This document shows, in pieces, positions 61,606-64,000 of a stretch of 64,000 bases of DNA (positions within the stretch are counted from its first letter, which is position 1; every line of letters starts with the position of its first letter). The notes beneath the pieces are model-generated. The model ran no database searches and was not told where the DNA came from. It worked only from the letters and a program-made list of their open reading frames with translations. A program made the position numbers and the translations under genes. Source of the DNA: Anaeromyces robustus (taxonomy: Eukaryota); the NCBI GenBank assembly GCA_002104895.1, contig MCFG01000104.1, forward strand, positions 62,001-126,000, written 5' to 3'.

Positions 61606-63258
61606 AAGAAAAAAAGGTAAAAAAAGAAAAATGAATAAAAAGAGAAAAGAAATGATAATGAATATATAACTTACTTTTAATTTCATTTCATATAAATATT
61701 TACTATTATAATCATAATTTATACTATTATATATGGAATTCGTTGATTGATTTAGTAAAAAAAATTTTTTTTTTTTACGATATTAACAAGATAATAATTT
61801 TTAATATTTATATAAAGTCATTAATATAATTAATAACCATTCTTTTGTTATATGTATTTCAAAATTGAAAGAAAAAAAAAATTTTTTTTTTTTTTATAAT
61901 TTAAAATTTCAATTTATTACAGTTTTTAAAATTAAATATTCTAATAAATATTTTGTTATAAAATAATAAGAAAAAAGAGAAAAAGAGAAAAGAAAAAATA
62001 AAATAAGAAATATAAATTAAAAGGAATTATTTATATAAATATAAATAAAAATATATAAAAGGGGGAATTAATAAAAAATAATAATTTTTTATATAGTTTT
62101 CTATTTTTTTTTATAAGAAAAAAGAAGGTAAAAATAATAATAATAATTTATACGAATTCTATAATTATATATTATTTAAAATGATAATAAAAATATATAT
62201 ATAAAATTCATAGATCATATACAAAAAAATAAAAAAAAAAAAATTAAAATAAAAAATAAAAAGAAAAAATAAAAAAAAATTATATATATATAATAAAAAA
62301 AATAATATTTACTTAAGTTTGTCTTCATTAAGGAATTTCTGATTTTTACTTGAGGGAGAGGTTGATTTTTTATGACTAATATCTTTTTCTTTTTTATCAT
62401 GATGACTATGATGTATATAATTTTGAGGTTGAGATTGAGGTTGAGAATGAGAATGTAATAATAGATTTATATTATCATTAATTTCTATATCATATCTTCT
62501 TTCATTTTTTTTATTATAAGCTGTTTCATCTGGATTACCCATAGCAGTTCCATAATATGCTTCATTTTTATTATTATTGGAATCTTTTGGTAATTGAATA
62601 GAATAATATCGTGTTCTACTAGTATTACAAGATAAATTAGATGGTGAACGACTATGACTTTTTATAATATTATTAGGTATTAATTGTGATGATGATTGAG
62701 ATTTTGTTGATATTGGTGATGGAGACGGTGATAAGGATTTAACTTTATTATGAAAAGATAGAGAATTAGATAAGGAACCTCCATGATTAAATGGACTATT
62801 TATTTTACTTATTGTTTTTGGACTTCTAAAGTTCGATTGAACTTCCATTTTTTGTATATCATCTGATTTAAAATAACTATTTATTTTATTTTTTAATTTT
62901 GAACTACCAGATTTAATAATTTGATCGGTATCCACTTTATTTCTCATGGATTTTTGTTTATTTATAGGTGATTGATCTAAACCTGTATCACTTTGAGAAT
63001 TAATTTCATTTAATAATGATTTTTTATATAATTTTTCAGATTCATGATGATCTTTATCTATAGATGATGGTGGTGTTAATGAATTAATTTTTAATTGAGA
63101 ATAAGCATTGAAATATGAATTTTTAGAAGGATAATGTTTTTGTTGTTGCTGTTGTTGTTGTTGTTGTTGTTGTATAGAATTTTTATATTCATCTGGTAAA
63201 TTATGATGATGGTGATGATGATGATGGTGTTGATGTTGTAACGTTAACTGATATTGTA

Positions 63259-63291
<33 letters not shown>

Positions 63292-64000
63292 GCTGTTGTT
63301 GTTGTTGTTGTAATTGTAATTGTTGTTGCTGTTGTTGTATTTGTTGTTGTTGTATTTGTTGTTGTTGTAATTGTTGTTGTTGTTGTTGTTGTATTTGTTG
63401 TTGTTGTAATTGTTGTTGTAATTGTTGTTGTAATTGTTGTTGTTGTTGTTGTTGTTGTTGTAATTGCATTTGGGTATGTTGAGATTTTTGTTTTTGTCTT
63501 AATTGTATTTGTTGTTGCTTTAATTTTATCACTGAATAATCAGGTGGGCTTTCATTACTAATATTTTCTCCAGCTGCAATATTCAAAACTTTTGAACTAT
63601 TTTTTGAAAATACAGTGGTATATTTAGGTGATACAGCTGGACTTGATTGTAATGAAGCAACTATATTATTTGTATTACTTTCTATTTTATTACTACATAT
63701 TGATTCAGATAGTATGTTTTCTTCAGTCTTCTCTGGAATTTCCCTGTTTTATTTTCATATATAAATAAATATACATATAATGATAAAATAATTTATAAAA
63801 TTATTTAAAAATAAATAAAACAGAGAAAAAAAAATATATATATATATATATATAAGAATAAGATAAAAGTATAAAATAATACAAAAAAAAAAAAAAAAAG
63901 ATAAATATATATGAGATATTTAATAATTAATTAATTAATTAATTATATACTCTATATATACCAATCAAATGGAACATTTTTTGGTTTTCCTGTACATTCA
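61124..64000 (-). CDS. C-terminal part of a probable tau-tubulin kinase (CK1/TTBK family) with Q/H-rich tail (gene starts beyond the right end)
   Basis: Exons 64000-63962, 63743-62313 and 61190-61124 join in phase. ECTGKPKNVPFDW|EIP resembles the FDWE motif that ends CK1/TTBK kinase domains. A long low-complexity tail ends KPPQDIPPPVKANPRLRRFMKP*. The kinase domain itself lies outside the window. Confidence 0.55.

Overview
This window is extremely AT-rich, intron-dense eukaryotic DNA full of (AAT)n, (AAAT)n and (AAAAT)n microsatellites. The composition and gene content (fungal Sla1 and Lrg1-type genes next to centriole/flagellum genes and a T-box gene) point to a zoosporic early-diverging fungus, most likely an anaerobic gut fungus (Neocallimastigomycota); this is an inference. 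Splicing exons by hand gives 12 protein-coding genes, in order: (1) 5' end of a SAM-domain KIF24-like kinesin-13 (partial); (2) SRRM1/SRm160 PWI-RS splicing factor; (3) a large multi-pass TmcB/TmcC-like membrane protein; (4) ataxin-10/Ctr86; (5) a T-box transcription factor; (6) Sla1; (7) a BC-box/LRR protein; (8) TBCCD1-like; (9) LIM-RhoGAP (Lrg1/Rga1); (10) a six-exon Sen15 gene absent from the ORF track; (11) an F-box/LRR protein; (12) 3' part of a probable TTBK-type kinase (partial). No rRNA, tRNA, CRISPR array or intact transposon was seen. The most notable observations are a fungal T-box domain with altered DNA-contact motifs and a ~50 aa insert, a run of 12 symmetric micro-exons in Sla1 that includes a recent 132-bp exon triplication, and the co-location of several centriole/ciliogenesis regulators. 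No clearly novel system is proven. Family assignments come from remembered motifs, not database searches.
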